Origin: a virus
Taxonomy: Duplodnaviria; Heunggongvirae; Uroviricota; Caudoviricetes
Length of the DNA: 10,268 nucleotides
IMG/VR virus record: IMGVR_UViG_2563366845_000009
Location: 1 to 10,268 of that record
Strand: one strand, 5' to 3'
Shown here: piece by piece, positions 1 to 7,075 of the stretch
Position numbering within the stretch: the first letter of the stretch is position 1
How the letters are laid out: the number at the start of each line of letters is the position of its first letter
The notes under the pieces: model-generated
Told to the model about the DNA's origin: nothing
What the model saw: the letters and a program-made list of their open reading frames with translations, nothing else
The model's database searches: none
Translations under genes and position numbers: made by a program

Positions 1-1242
1 ATGGCACGAAAAACCACCCCACTAACTATTACGGAGATCAAAAACGCACGACCAGGGGAAAAGGAATACACCCTGCAGGATGGCGGAGGATTATTTCTTC
101 TGGTGAAACCCTCCGGATCAAAAATCTGGCGTTTTACGTACTACCGCCCGGCAGATAAAAAACGGACTATCATCAGCCTCGGATCGCTGAATGATGTTTC
201 CCTGTCCGATGCCAGAGAACGACGGAATGAATACAGGTCACTCATAGCGAAGGGAGTTGACCCACAGGACCACGAACGCCGGAAACGTGAAGCAGAGAGT
301 CGGAAAAAGGGCAACACGTTCGAAAAAGTTGCCTCGGACTGGTACGAGATGAAAAAAGGCCAGAATCTGGCTTACAACACGATTAAGGATATCTGGCGAT
401 CCCTGGAAAAATACGTATTCCCGTACATCGGAAACACGCCAATAGATACCCTCACAGCTCGCCGCTTTGTTGAGATACTCACACCCATTAAAGCACGCGG
501 CAACCTGGAAACCCTGAAACGCGTTTTACAACGCATCAATGAAGTGATGGATTTTGCTGCCAACAGTGGGCTGATTGACATCAACACCGCCGCGAACGTC
601 CGCAAGGCATTCCCCTCACCCACCAAAAAGCACATGCCAACCATCCGACCGGAACAGCTACCGCAGCTAATGCACGATTTATCGGTCGCCAGCATAGAAC
701 GGCAAACCAGATTGCTGATTGAGTGGCAACTGCTGACCGTAGCACGCCCAGCCGAAGCAGCCGCCGCACGCTGGGAAGAAATAGATCTCGATGCCGAAAC
801 ATGGACGATTCCAGCCGGACGCATGAAGATGCGCCGTGACCACGTGATCCCCCTTTGCGGTCAGGCTATGGCTGTACTGGAAACCATGAAGCCAATCAGC
901 GCACACAGGGAACACGTTTTTCCCAGCCTTAAAAACCCGATGCTGCCAATGAGCAGCCAGACCGCTAACGCCGCATTGCGCCGGATGGGTTACGCTGGTG
1001 TGCTGGTGTCTCACGGATTACGCGCCATATTCAGTACAGCAGCGAACGAGGAAGGATTCGAGCCGGACGTAATCGAGGCCGCACTCGCACACGTGGACAC
1101 AAACGAGGTAAGGCGAGCATATAACCGAAGTAACTACCTGGAAAAGCGCGTGGTGCTTATGCGCTGGTGGGGGGAATTTGTAGAGGCCGCAGCTACCGGA
1201 GTGACCATAGCCAGTGGTAAAAGGGGTATCCGTGCCGTGTAA
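1..1242 (+). CDS. int: Site-specific tyrosine recombinase, P4-type integrase family (N-terminal arm-binding domain plus C-terminal catalytic domain)
   Basis: 413-aa ORF with stop at 1240-1242. N-terminus (KNARPGEKEYTLQDGGGLFLLVKPSGSKIWRFTY) is typical of the P4-integrase N-terminal domain; C-terminus has the HGLRA box and a conserved Tyr region (RRAYNRSNYLEKR). No homology search was run. Confidence 0.93.
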   Translation: MARKTTPLTITEIKNARPGEKEYTLQDGGGLFLLVKPSGSKIWRFTYYRPADKKRTIISLGSLNDVSLSDARERRNEYRSLIAKGVDPQDHERRKREAESRKKGNTFEKVASDWYEMKKGQNLAYNTIKDIWRSLEKYVFPYIGNTPIDTLTARRFVEILTPIKARGNLETLKRVLQRINEVMDFAANSGLIDINTAANVRKAFPSPTKKHMPTIRPEQLPQLMHDLSVASIERQTRLLIEWQLLTVARPAEAAAARWEEIDLDAETWTIPAGRMKMRRDHVIPLCGQAMAVLETMKPISAHREHVFPSLKNPMLPMSSQTANAALRRMGYAGVLVSHGLRAIFSTAANEEGFEPDVIEAALAHVDTNEVRRAYNRSNYLEKRVVLMRWWGEFVEAAATGVTIASGKRGIRAV

Positions 1243-1266
1243 CTGTACAAAAAACCAGTAAAAGCG

Positions 1267-1295
1267 ATGCAAACCATGCTAAACCATCGTATAAT
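1267..1295 (+). promoter_or_regulatory. Candidate sigma70 promoter: perfect -10 TATAAT (1290-1295) with weak -35 (ATGCAA, 1267-1272)
   Basis: Perfect TATAAT hexamer about 60 bp upstream of the AAGGAG ribosome-binding site and GTG of the next ORF; the -35 matches consensus at only 3 of 6 positions. Confidence 0.3.
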
Positions 1296-1358
1296 CGCCA
1301 CAACCCACCCAATACAGAGAGGAGTCACCCAAATCATGAAATTCAAGGAGCTATCCAG

Positions 1359-1601
1359 GTGTTTTTCAATGAAAAGGTATCCCCTGCTTGCGGCGAAGGG
1401 CTGCAACTGGCGTTAATGGCAAATCGTGAATTCTGGTCAACATACGATCCGGAAGACAAATCAACAGCCCCCACAAAACACGAGGTAGTCAGTTTTTTGC
1501 GCTCACGTGGCGCATCGAAAAACCTGGCTGAAAGCATCGACAAGGTGCTGAGACCCACCAGCCTTAAATGCGGTGGGCGGCCTAAGAAGTGGAAACGGTA
1601 A
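1359..1601 (+). CDS. Hypothetical small protein (80 aa, GTG start; alternative ATG at 1416)
   Basis: AAGGAG (1345-1350) lies 8 nt upstream of GTG 1359; stop TAA 1599-1601 is followed immediately by a terminator hairpin. No recognisable motif. Confidence 0.4.
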   Translation: MFFNEKVSPACGEGLQLALMANREFWSTYDPEDKSTAPTKHEVVSFLRSRGASKNLAESIDKVLRPTSLKCGGRPKKWKR

Positions 1602-1607
1602 TCACAA

Positions 1608-1636
1608 TAGCGGCCCCTTGCGGTCGCTATTTTTTT
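1608..1636 (+). terminator. Rho-independent terminator candidate
   Basis: Imperfect 8-bp stem (TAGCGGCC / GGTCGCTA, one G-T wobble) at 1608-1629 followed by a run of seven T (1630-1636), directly after the stop at 1601. Confidence 0.45.
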
Positions 1637-1678
1637 GCAGAAAGAAAAGCGTAATCAATGAGATAAAAAACAGTGAGT

Positions 1679-1694
1679 ACCGTTTTAAAACGGT
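1679..1694. promoter_or_regulatory. Perfect 16-bp palindrome ACCGTTTTAAAACGGT upstream of the AlpA-family gene (candidate operator; alternatively part of a hairpin/terminator with the T-run at 1703-1707)
   Basis: Reverse complement is identical; extended by outer arms AGTACC (1676-1681) / GGTACT (1696-1701); lies about 80 bp upstream of the GTG at 1772. Confidence 0.35.
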
Positions 1695-1771
1695 GGGTAC
1701 TGTTTTTCCCGCCCTGCCCTGTTTTACCGTATTTATCACCGGAATACGCCGGATTAACGAGGTAAAACATA

Positions 1772-1978
1772 GTGGAAACAATCAGAAAAATACTTACCCG
1801 TCAGGAAGTAAAAAATATTCTGCGCATCAAGGCAGACAGTTCGCTACAGGACATGATCAACGCCGGAAAATTCCCGAAAGGCTTCAAAATCGGTCTGCGT
1901 CGTGTTGGCTGGTATGAAGATGAAGTGCTGGCCTGGCTGAAAGAGCGCGAGGAAGAAGCGCGCGGAACGGCTGCGTAA
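1772..1978 (+). CDS. alpA: AlpA-family (MerR-like HTH) phage transcriptional regulator / excisionase-like protein
   Basis: 68-aa ORF, GTG start with GAGGT 7 nt upstream; sequence (ILRIKADSSLQDMINAGKFPKGFKIGLRRVGWYEDEVLAWLKER) matches the conserved AlpA/Vis-family pattern, including the VGW motif. Confidence 0.82.
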   Translation: METIRKILTRQEVKNILRIKADSSLQDMINAGKFPKGFKIGLRRVGWYEDEVLAWLKEREEEARGTAA

Positions 1979-2260
1979 TGGTGTGAGGCGTAACGCGATG
2001 AACATAACAAAAAGCGCCCCGTTGCCGGAGCGCCCTTGCGAACAATTAACCTGCTGCGAAAAAAATGGATCAGTGCAGGGGAATTATATCAACCGTGTGG
2101 CGAAGCGCCACAATTGCCGGATAACAGGCAAAGAAAAGGCCACCAGTCACGGCGGCCCTGCGACACAAATTTCGCGTTATCCCCAACGCATGAGCATCGC
2201 CAACAATGCCACATTTGCGGCTGGTGGGCAATGTGATCAGTGTGCTGGCTTGCTGGTGGG

Positions 2261-2440
2261 CTATTCCTGCTCTTTGGCTTTGCGCCGCTGGCGGCGTTTG
2301 ATCTCGCCTTGCATTGACGCAATGATGAATTGTGATGTGCTTTCGCCTGATTCTTTCACTGATTCCATGGCGTTTACTATTTCGTGTGGTACACGAGCCT
2401 TTAGAGCTTGTGATTTTGCGTTTTTTGTACCCGTTGCCAT
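2261..2440 (-). CDS. Small ribbon-helix-helix (Arc/MetJ/CopG-like) DNA-binding protein, putative repressor
   Basis: Internal ATG of the 120-aa minus ORF at 2438-2440, preceded by GAGGAA (6-nt spacer); 59 aa, MATGTKNAKSQALKARVPHEIVNAMESVKESGESTSQFIIASMQGEIKRRQRRKAKEQE. Pattern is beta-strand (LKARVP), helix A, G-x-S turn (SGEST), helix B, then a basic tail. Transcribed divergently from the promoter at 2502-2541. Confidence 0.55.
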   Translation of the reverse strand: MATGTKNAKSQALKARVPHEIVNAMESVKESGESTSQFIIASMQGEIKRRQRRKAKEQE

Positions 2441-2501
2441 TTCTATTCCTCTGGTGGATTGGTGGGGGACAGTATACACAGAAAAAGCACAAATAAAACT
2501 C

Positions 2502-2541
2502 TTGACGTGGGCCACACCTAAAACATATAGTGGGCCACACC
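2502..2541 (+). promoter_or_regulatory. Candidate sigma70 promoter (TTGACG-N18-TATAGT) overlapped by two direct repeats of GTGGGCCACACC (putative operator)
   Basis: -35 TTGACG 2502-2507; -10 TATAGT 2526-2531; exact 12-bp repeats at 2507-2518 and 2530-2541 (23 bp centre to centre), each containing a GTGG..CCAC half-palindrome. Sits between the divergent RHH gene and the downstream + strand gene block. Confidence 0.45.
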
Positions 2542-2639
2542 TTGAAATTATCAAGGCGCATAAATGCAAAGCCCCGCAAGTGTCGTTACCACTCGCAGGG
2601 CTTCTAACCACCAACGATAGCAACGGTATCGAGGTAGCT

Positions 2640-3179
2640 ATGTTAAATCATACCACACACCCGCAAGGGTGGGACTCGCACAACCTGAATAAAGCGGGTA
2701 TGAAAAACCTGTTGATCGCCACTGCCAGCCAGGGCTATGATTTACCCGCACCAGCAAAATCTGGTGCCGGGATTGGCGTCCTGGTATTTAACGAAGCGCA
2801 CAACACGCGCCCTGCGTGTTTTTTTGTGCCGGATAGTCACACCTTATCAATGGTGGGCTGTATGGGGGCGGAGCAATCCGCGCCGGGTTCTTCGTTAACC
2901 GGTTACGCCAACCCTGTACAGTCCACCGCCAGCGAAATTGGCGTTTCCTGCGGTGGGTTTATTAAACCTAACGAAGAGGCTGCCAACATGGCTACTACCC
3001 CTACCCTTATACATTCCCAAACTGCCTTTATCTGGCGCTTTATCATCTTTGGCGCGTCAGAATCTCAAATCATCCACGTGACCGCCTGGACAGAACGCGA
3101 AGCGCGTAACCATTGCCCGTCCGGTTGTGTCGCTGTATTCGCCGCCCGTATTCGTCAGGAGGTGCGCCATGTGCAATAA
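2640..3179 (+). CDS. Hypothetical protein (179 aa), first gene downstream of the putative operator-controlled promoter
   Basis: ATG 2640 preceded by GAGG (5-nt spacer), in frame with the long 1983-3179 ORF whose 5' portion overlaps the antisense RHH gene and the promoter; typical coding composition; no recognisable motif. Alternative start at ATG 2700. Confidence 0.45.
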   Translation: MLNHTTHPQGWDSHNLNKAGMKNLLIATASQGYDLPAPAKSGAGIGVLVFNEAHNTRPACFFVPDSHTLSMVGCMGAEQSAPGSSLTGYANPVQSTASEIGVSCGGFIKPNEEAANMATTPTLIHSQTAFIWRFIIFGASESQIIHVTAWTEREARNHCPSGCVAVFAARIRQEVRHVQ

Positions 3180-3429
3180 CACCCGTCCGGATGCAACCAC
3201 CGAAGCTATCAAAACGCTGATGGATGCGCTGATTGATATTTCTGTTATCGCAGACAAAGCGCATAAGCACGCCACCACTGAAACAGAATATGCCGGGGCT
3301 TTCGTTCCTCACTCACTGGCTGTAATGCAACTTAGTGCTGATATGGCGCTGAATGAGGCTAAAGCCATCCTGATTGCTGATTGTGAAAATGGGGGGGGGT
3401 TATGCGTGATGATCGTTTTAATTCCCTGA
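3169..3429 (+). CDS. Hypothetical small protein (86 aa)
   Basis: Strong AGGAGG (3157-3162) 6 nt upstream of ATG 3169; overlaps the stop of the upstream gene (coupled). Its 3' end contains a G9 homopolymer (3391-3399). Confidence 0.5.
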   Translation: MCNNTRPDATTEAIKTLMDALIDISVIADKAHKHATTETEYAGAFVPHSLAVMQLSADMALNEAKAILIADCENGGGLCVMIVLIP

Positions 3430-3623
3430 AACAGGAATTTTCCGGCGTTCCTGATGATGCGGCTGATGCGCTTTCGTCAATATCTGAAATTATGCGGGTG
3501 GCTTTTTTCTTTCTTTGCACTGATGAGCACAGAGATACAGGGCTAAATATTCTTGATATTGCCGCTAACTATGCTGATTTCGTGACAGAAGCTGTTTTAA
3601 GAAAAACGACGGACGGGGATTAA
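3402..3623 (+). CDS. Hypothetical small protein (73 aa)
   Basis: ATG 3402 lies immediately after the G9 tract (G-rich ribosome-binding site); overlaps the previous ORF by 28 nt in the -1 frame; stop TAA 3621-3623. Confidence 0.45.
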   Translation: MRDDRFNSLKQEFSGVPDDAADALSSISEIMRVAFFFLCTDEHRDTGLNILDIAANYADFVTEAVLRKTTDGD

Positions 3624-3624
3624 T

Positions 3625-3858
3625 ATGCGTGATATTTACCACGAAACAATAGACCGCGCATTTCTTGCACTTTCTCACAGTGAAAGCATGATGGAAATAT
3701 TGCGCATATGGCTTGAAACACTTGGCGACAATGAACGCGACAAACAAAAATCAAGAATTGCCACGGCATTAATAACGCTTCTTGAGCCTGTAATAATGGA
3801 GCTACAAGAAATAGACCTATTGCACGACAGATATAAAGAACAGCACACCGGAGAATAA
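3625..3858 (+). CDS. Hypothetical small protein (77 aa)
   Basis: ATG 3625 is 1 nt after the previous stop, GGGGA 5 nt upstream; acidic/helical composition. Confidence 0.5.
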   Translation: MRDIYHETIDRAFLALSHSESMMEILRIWLETLGDNERDKQKSRIATALITLLEPVIMELQEIDLLHDRYKEQHTGE

Positions 3859-3863
3859 AAATA

Positions 3864-4163
3864 ATGAAACTTAAATATTCTGGCTTTACTGCCAGCGGCC
3901 CCGCTCGGCCTGAAATCCGCCCCGGCGATATTTTCAAAGATAAATACGGCGGCACTGTAACGATTAAAAGCGTGGCGGGACGGTGTGTTACTTACCGCCG
4001 TGATGGGTACGGCTATGACTGCGTGATGCCTGTTTATCAGTTCCGGCGTGATTTTTCTCTGGTACAGAACGCAACACGCGGTAAGCCCACCAGCAGGGAA
4101 AAAGCACGGGAAAATATTAAGAAAATAAAAAGCATGCTCAGCGCATCCAGAGGTAAAAAATGA
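3864..4163 (+). CDS. Hypothetical small basic protein (99 aa)
   Basis: ATG 3864 with GGAG upstream; stop TGA 4161-4163 overlaps the helicase ATG (ATGA coupling). Basic C-terminal tail. Possibly related to small proteins found upstream of replication genes in enterobacterial islands, but not verifiable here. Confidence 0.5.
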   Translation: MKLKYSGFTASGPARPEIRPGDIFKDKYGGTVTIKSVAGRCVTYRRDGYGYDCVMPVYQFRRDFSLVQNATRGKPTSREKARENIKKIKSMLSASRGKK

Positions 4164-5566
4164 AACTGGCACCGAACGTAAAACTGTTACCGAAAGATAA
4201 ACACACTGAGGCGGTTATTTTTGCGGGTGATAATGCTCACTCCTTTGCAGAACATTACATGATTGCACAGGCCAAAAAAGCAGGCGATCCCATCCCTCCG
4301 GTTTACCTGGGCCGTTATCAGTTAAGCGAACTGGACAATTTACAGATTGTTGATGAAGGACGATACAGAGCAAAGGTCATACGCGCCGGAAACCTGGACG
4401 ATATGCAGATGCTGACCATTGCCACCAAACTGGCGATCGCAGGTGTCCAGGAAGCACGGTTACTTTCAGAGAATTTCGAACTGCTGGAGGACTGGAGCGA
4501 GCAACTACCGCGGCTTAAAGAAACCTGGGAACGCGGGGAAAGTCTGGTCATGAATGGTGGAAAGCGAAAAATCACACTTCCCATCTCATGGGGTTCTGAG
4601 GGATTCGACGCGCAGCAAAGCTACGTAATTAAGGGGCTTATTCCGGCTGAGTCATTATGCAGCACCTACGGGGCCAGCGGTTCTTATAAATCGTTCCTGG
4701 CTATTTCCTGGTCGTGCCATGTTGCCACAGGTATGGCATGGGGAGGCCGCAGGGTAAGTAAGGGCGCTGTTATCTATATCGCTGGCGAAGGCAGTATGGG
4801 CGTAAAACGCCGCGTTAAGGCGTGGGAGATAACCCATGACAAGGTGGTTACAGATTTGTGCATCGTTAACGCGCCTGTCTTCCCCGCATCGCCTGACTAT
4901 GTGGAGCAGGTTATCAGGACTGCCGGACTTGTTAAGAGCAGAACGGGCGAAAATGTGCGGCTGATTGTGATCGACACGCTGGCCCGTTGCTTTGGTGGAA
5001 ATGATGAAAATGATTCCCGCGATATGGGCGCATTTATCCAGGGGTGTGACGCGATAAAGCAGGCCACAGGGGCCACGGTGCTGGTGGTTCACCATTCCGG
5101 CAAGGATGAAACAAAGGGGGCGCGCGGTTCCAGCGCATTCCGTGCCGCGCTTGATGCAGAGTACCGAATCAGCCGGGAAAATTCAGAGGTTACAGCACTG
5201 GTGGCGGCGTGTACGAAGATGAAGGACGCAGAGGAGCCAAAAGAGAGTGCATACGATCTTAAAAGCGTGGAGGTGTTCACCGATACAGATGGCGAAGAGA
5301 TTGTGTCCATGGTGGTGATTGACGTTCCCCGCGCCCCTGCTGAACTGGAGCGCATAGAGGAGGCCGGGAACAAGACGGAAAATCACACGGCTTTATGGGG
5401 TTGTATCCGGTCGCGTATACAGCATGGTGATAAATGTACGATCCCGCTGCTACGTGATGACATGAAAAAGCTGGGATATGACACAAAACACCTTAAACGA
5501 TGGTTAGCCAAACTGGAAAAAGACGGCGTGATTTGCGTCGATGGGGATGATGTTCACCCACTGTAA
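4160..5566 (+). CDS. Replicative helicase, RepA / AAA_25 (RecA-like, DnaB-superfamily) ATPase
   Basis: 468 aa; Walker A-like GASGSYKS, Walker B-like hydrophobic stretch ending in Asp (RLIVIDTLARCF), and the VLVVHHSGKD motif typical of RepA-type helicases; GAGG ribosome-binding site 6 nt upstream; followed immediately by the iteron array. Confidence 0.82.
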   Translation: MKLAPNVKLLPKDKHTEAVIFAGDNAHSFAEHYMIAQAKKAGDPIPPVYLGRYQLSELDNLQIVDEGRYRAKVIRAGNLDDMQMLTIATKLAIAGVQEARLLSENFELLEDWSEQLPRLKETWERGESLVMNGGKRKITLPISWGSEGFDAQQSYVIKGLIPAESLCSTYGASGSYKSFLAISWSCHVATGMAWGGRRVSKGAVIYIAGEGSMGVKRRVKAWEITHDKVVTDLCIVNAPVFPASPDYVEQVIRTAGLVKSRTGENVRLIVIDTLARCFGGNDENDSRDMGAFIQGCDAIKQATGATVLVVHHSGKDETKGARGSSAFRAALDAEYRISRENSEVTALVAACTKMKDAEEPKESAYDLKSVEVFTDTDGEEIVSMVVIDVPRAPAELERIEEAGNKTENHTALWGCIRSRIQHGDKCTIPLLRDDMKKLGYDTKHLKRWLAKLEKDGVICVDGDDVHPL

Positions 5567-5766
5567 AAAGTGGGCGTTAAAAGTGGGAGTAGTGGGTAAT
5601 TTAACTGGAATTTAACAAAATCGCCCACTTTCCCACGTGTATACATCCCAAAAAGTGGGCACTAAAAAAATACTTATGAAACAGTACGATATAAAACCAC
5701 AAAATCCCAGGTGGGACGAAGTGGGAAACCATGAAAAGTGGGCAGAAAAAGTGGGCACAGGTGGGC
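5565..5766 (+). repeat. Iteron-type replication origin: nine direct copies of (A)AAGTGGGC in two clusters, two inverted copies, and an AT-rich spacer
   Basis: GTGGG cores on + at 5570, 5583, 5592, 5656, 5711, 5721, 5738, 5751, 5761; inverted CCCAC at 5624-5628 and 5632-5636; AT-rich 5598-5620 (AATTTAAC twice) and 5661-5705; immediately 3' of the helicase gene. Confidence 0.7.
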
Positions 5767-5768
5767 GC

Positions 5769-6020
5769 ATGACAAGAAAAACCAGAGATAAGACAGCACC
5801 AAAATATAAAGCGTTAGACATGACAGAGCACGCCTTAAAGGTGGCAATCAGAACTATAGACCGCCACGCCGGAGAAGGATACGCGAAAGCACATCCCGAA
5901 CTGATAAGCGCATTCATGACCACGGCGGCGGCAAACTTTGCCACGCTGACAGAACGGGAGATTGCCGAAGCGGAACTGGTGACAACCATCAACGTTAAAA
6001 CCGGAGAGCAGACAGCATGA
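5769..6020 (+). CDS. Hypothetical protein (83 aa), translationally coupled to ssb
   Basis: ATG 5769 with GGTGGG 5 nt upstream; the longer 5637 start would run through the iterons; stop TGA 6018-6020 overlaps the ssb ATG 6017. Confidence 0.45.
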   Translation: MTRKTRDKTAPKYKALDMTEHALKVAIRTIDRHAGEGYAKAHPELISAFMTTAAANFATLTEREIAEAELVTTINVKTGEQTA

Positions 6021-6439
6021 CAGCACAGATAGCGGCTTACGGGCGGCTGGTGGCTGACCCGCAGTTAAAGACCACCAGCAAAGGGACACAAATGGCGATG
6101 GCGAGTATGGCGGTTCCCCTGCCGTGCAGCCAGGCCGATGACGGAACGGCGACGATGTGGTTATCCGTCCTGGCGTTTGGCAGACAGGCCGACGCACTGG
6201 CAAAGCACCACAAAGGCGAACTCGTGAGCGTGGCGGGTAACATGCAGGTAAGCCAGTGGACAGGCCAGAACGGCGAAACGCGGCAGGGCTGGCAGGTTAT
6301 CGCAGACAGCGTAATCAGTGCGCGAACGGCGCGACCGGGCGGCAAAAAAGGCCAACAGGGGCAGGCCACTGATGCACTGAACAGGGCAAAACAACAGGCG
6401 GGAAATGATGATCCGTACGGGGATAACATACCGTTTTAA
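6017..6439 (+). CDS. ssb: Single-stranded DNA-binding protein (short SSB with acidic C-terminal tail)
   Basis: 140 aa; N-terminus (AYGRLVADPQLKTT, then QWTGQNGETRQ) fits the SSB OB-fold pattern; Gly/Gln-rich linker; C-terminal DDPYGDNIPF resembles the conserved SSB tail (E. coli ends ...DDDIPF). Confidence 0.85.
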   Translation: MTAQIAAYGRLVADPQLKTTSKGTQMAMASMAVPLPCSQADDGTATMWLSVLAFGRQADALAKHHKGELVSVAGNMQVSQWTGQNGETRQGWQVIADSVISARTARPGGKKGQQGQATDALNRAKQQAGNDDPYGDNIPF

Positions 6440-6456
6440 GCAACGAGTGACAGAAG

Positions 6457-6478
6457 CCGGGATTTTCCCGGTTTTTTT
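6457..6478 (+). terminator. Rho-independent terminator downstream of ssb
   Basis: Stem CCGGG(A)/(T)CCCGG (6457-6471) followed by seven T (6472-6478). Confidence 0.6.
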
Positions 6479-6527
6479 ACGGGTCCTCCCGGTGGAGTGG
6501 CCTTACCACGGGGCGGGAGCGGCGCGG
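6472..6527 (+). other. cos-like site, copy A (cosQ/cosN-like core with a divergent right half)
   Basis: 6472-6516 (TTTTTTTACGGGTCCTCCCGGTGGAGTGGCCTTACCACGGGGCGG) is identical to 9009-9053; the next 11 nt match copy B at 8 of 11. Contains dyad CCCGGTGG-N10-CCACGGGG and the ACG|GGGCGG junction resembling the lambda cosN nick site. Confidence 0.5.
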
Positions 6528-6740
6528 AAAAAGGCTGGTTTTTGCATTTTCATGGCGGCGGCAGCATGTGTGATAATTTATTGATAATTAAAAAATATTT
6601 CCGTTTTCACCTGTACAATATTTTTTTCGCCCTGTCATTAGACCAGTTTGTAATTAATTGAAATATATAAATAAATCCGTTTTTCACCTGCCAGGTGGAG
6701 TTGCCAGTGTCAAAACGTGTTCAGATGGCGGGATATTTAT

Positions 6741-6763
6741 GCCGGATTTTCTCCGGCTTTTTT
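6741..6763 (+). terminator. Second rho-independent terminator-like hairpin in the ssb-capsid intergenic region
   Basis: GCCGGA-TTTTC-TCCGGC (6741-6757) followed by TTTTTT (6758-6763). Confidence 0.45.
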
Positions 6764-6865
6764 GTGTCTGAATCTGACTAATCTGTTTTCATGATAGAAA
6801 TATATTTATCTACCACTTTTATCGATCAATAATGCGCGCAGTTTAGTCAGTAAGAGGAAGTTACT

Positions 6866-7075
6866 GTGAATTGTATTAATGACCTGAACACAGGCGAGGT
6901 AAGAGGTGGTTCCGTTCATCTGGATGCGCAGACCGTTATGCGCCTTAAGCAGTACAGGATCGACCACATAAATCATCATCCTGGCCAACCATTACCAGGT
7001 GTGGCGCAGATTGTCAGACACGCAGTTAACGCGTGGCTTGATAAGAATGGTTTTGCATCTGGGGGTGAGCAATGA
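6866..7075 (+). CDS. Hypothetical small protein (69 aa), translationally coupled to the protease-capsid gene
   Basis: GTG 6866 with GAGGA 7 nt upstream; stop TGA 7073-7075 overlaps ATG 7072; basic region (VHLDAQTVMRLKQYRIDHINHH) could bind nucleic acid. Confidence 0.5.
   Translation: MNCINDLNTGEVRGGSVHLDAQTVMRLKQYRIDHINHHPGQPLPGVAQIVRHAVNAWLDKNGFASGGEQ

Noticed and set aside
1-60. Attachment site or tRNA at the integrase end
   Set aside because: The window starts at the integrase ATG, so no upstream sequence is available; no tRNA-like sequence was recognised anywhere in the window.
372-1014. Minus-strand ORFs inside the integrase gene (and similar antisense ORFs inside the helicase and capsid genes)
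   Set aside because: Shadow ORFs embedded in long, well-supported + strand genes; no ribosome-binding sites and atypical composition.
1573-1917. 114-aa + strand ORF overlapping the terminator, the palindrome and alpA
   Set aside because: It spans clear non-coding signals and overlaps alpA in another frame.
1983-3179. 398-aa + strand ORF taken as one gene
   Set aside because: Its 5' two-thirds is Cys-rich, overlaps the better-supported antisense RHH gene and the promoter/operator region, and has no ribosome-binding site; only the 3' part from ATG 2640 (GAGG upstream) is called.
5565-5766. Possible CRISPR array
   Set aside because: Repeat units are only 8-10 bp with irregular spacing and inverted copies, and sit immediately after a helicase gene: iterons, not CRISPR repeats.
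5637-5768. N-terminal extension of ORF 5637-6020
   Set aside because: It would be translated through the iteron array; the internal ATG 5769 has a ribosome-binding site and gives a compact gene coupled to ssb.
6707-6781. 24-codon peptide ORF (GTG start, AGGTGGAG upstream)
   Set aside because: The terminator-like hairpin at 6741-6763 lies inside it; more likely regulatory DNA or RNA, though a leader peptide cannot be excluded.
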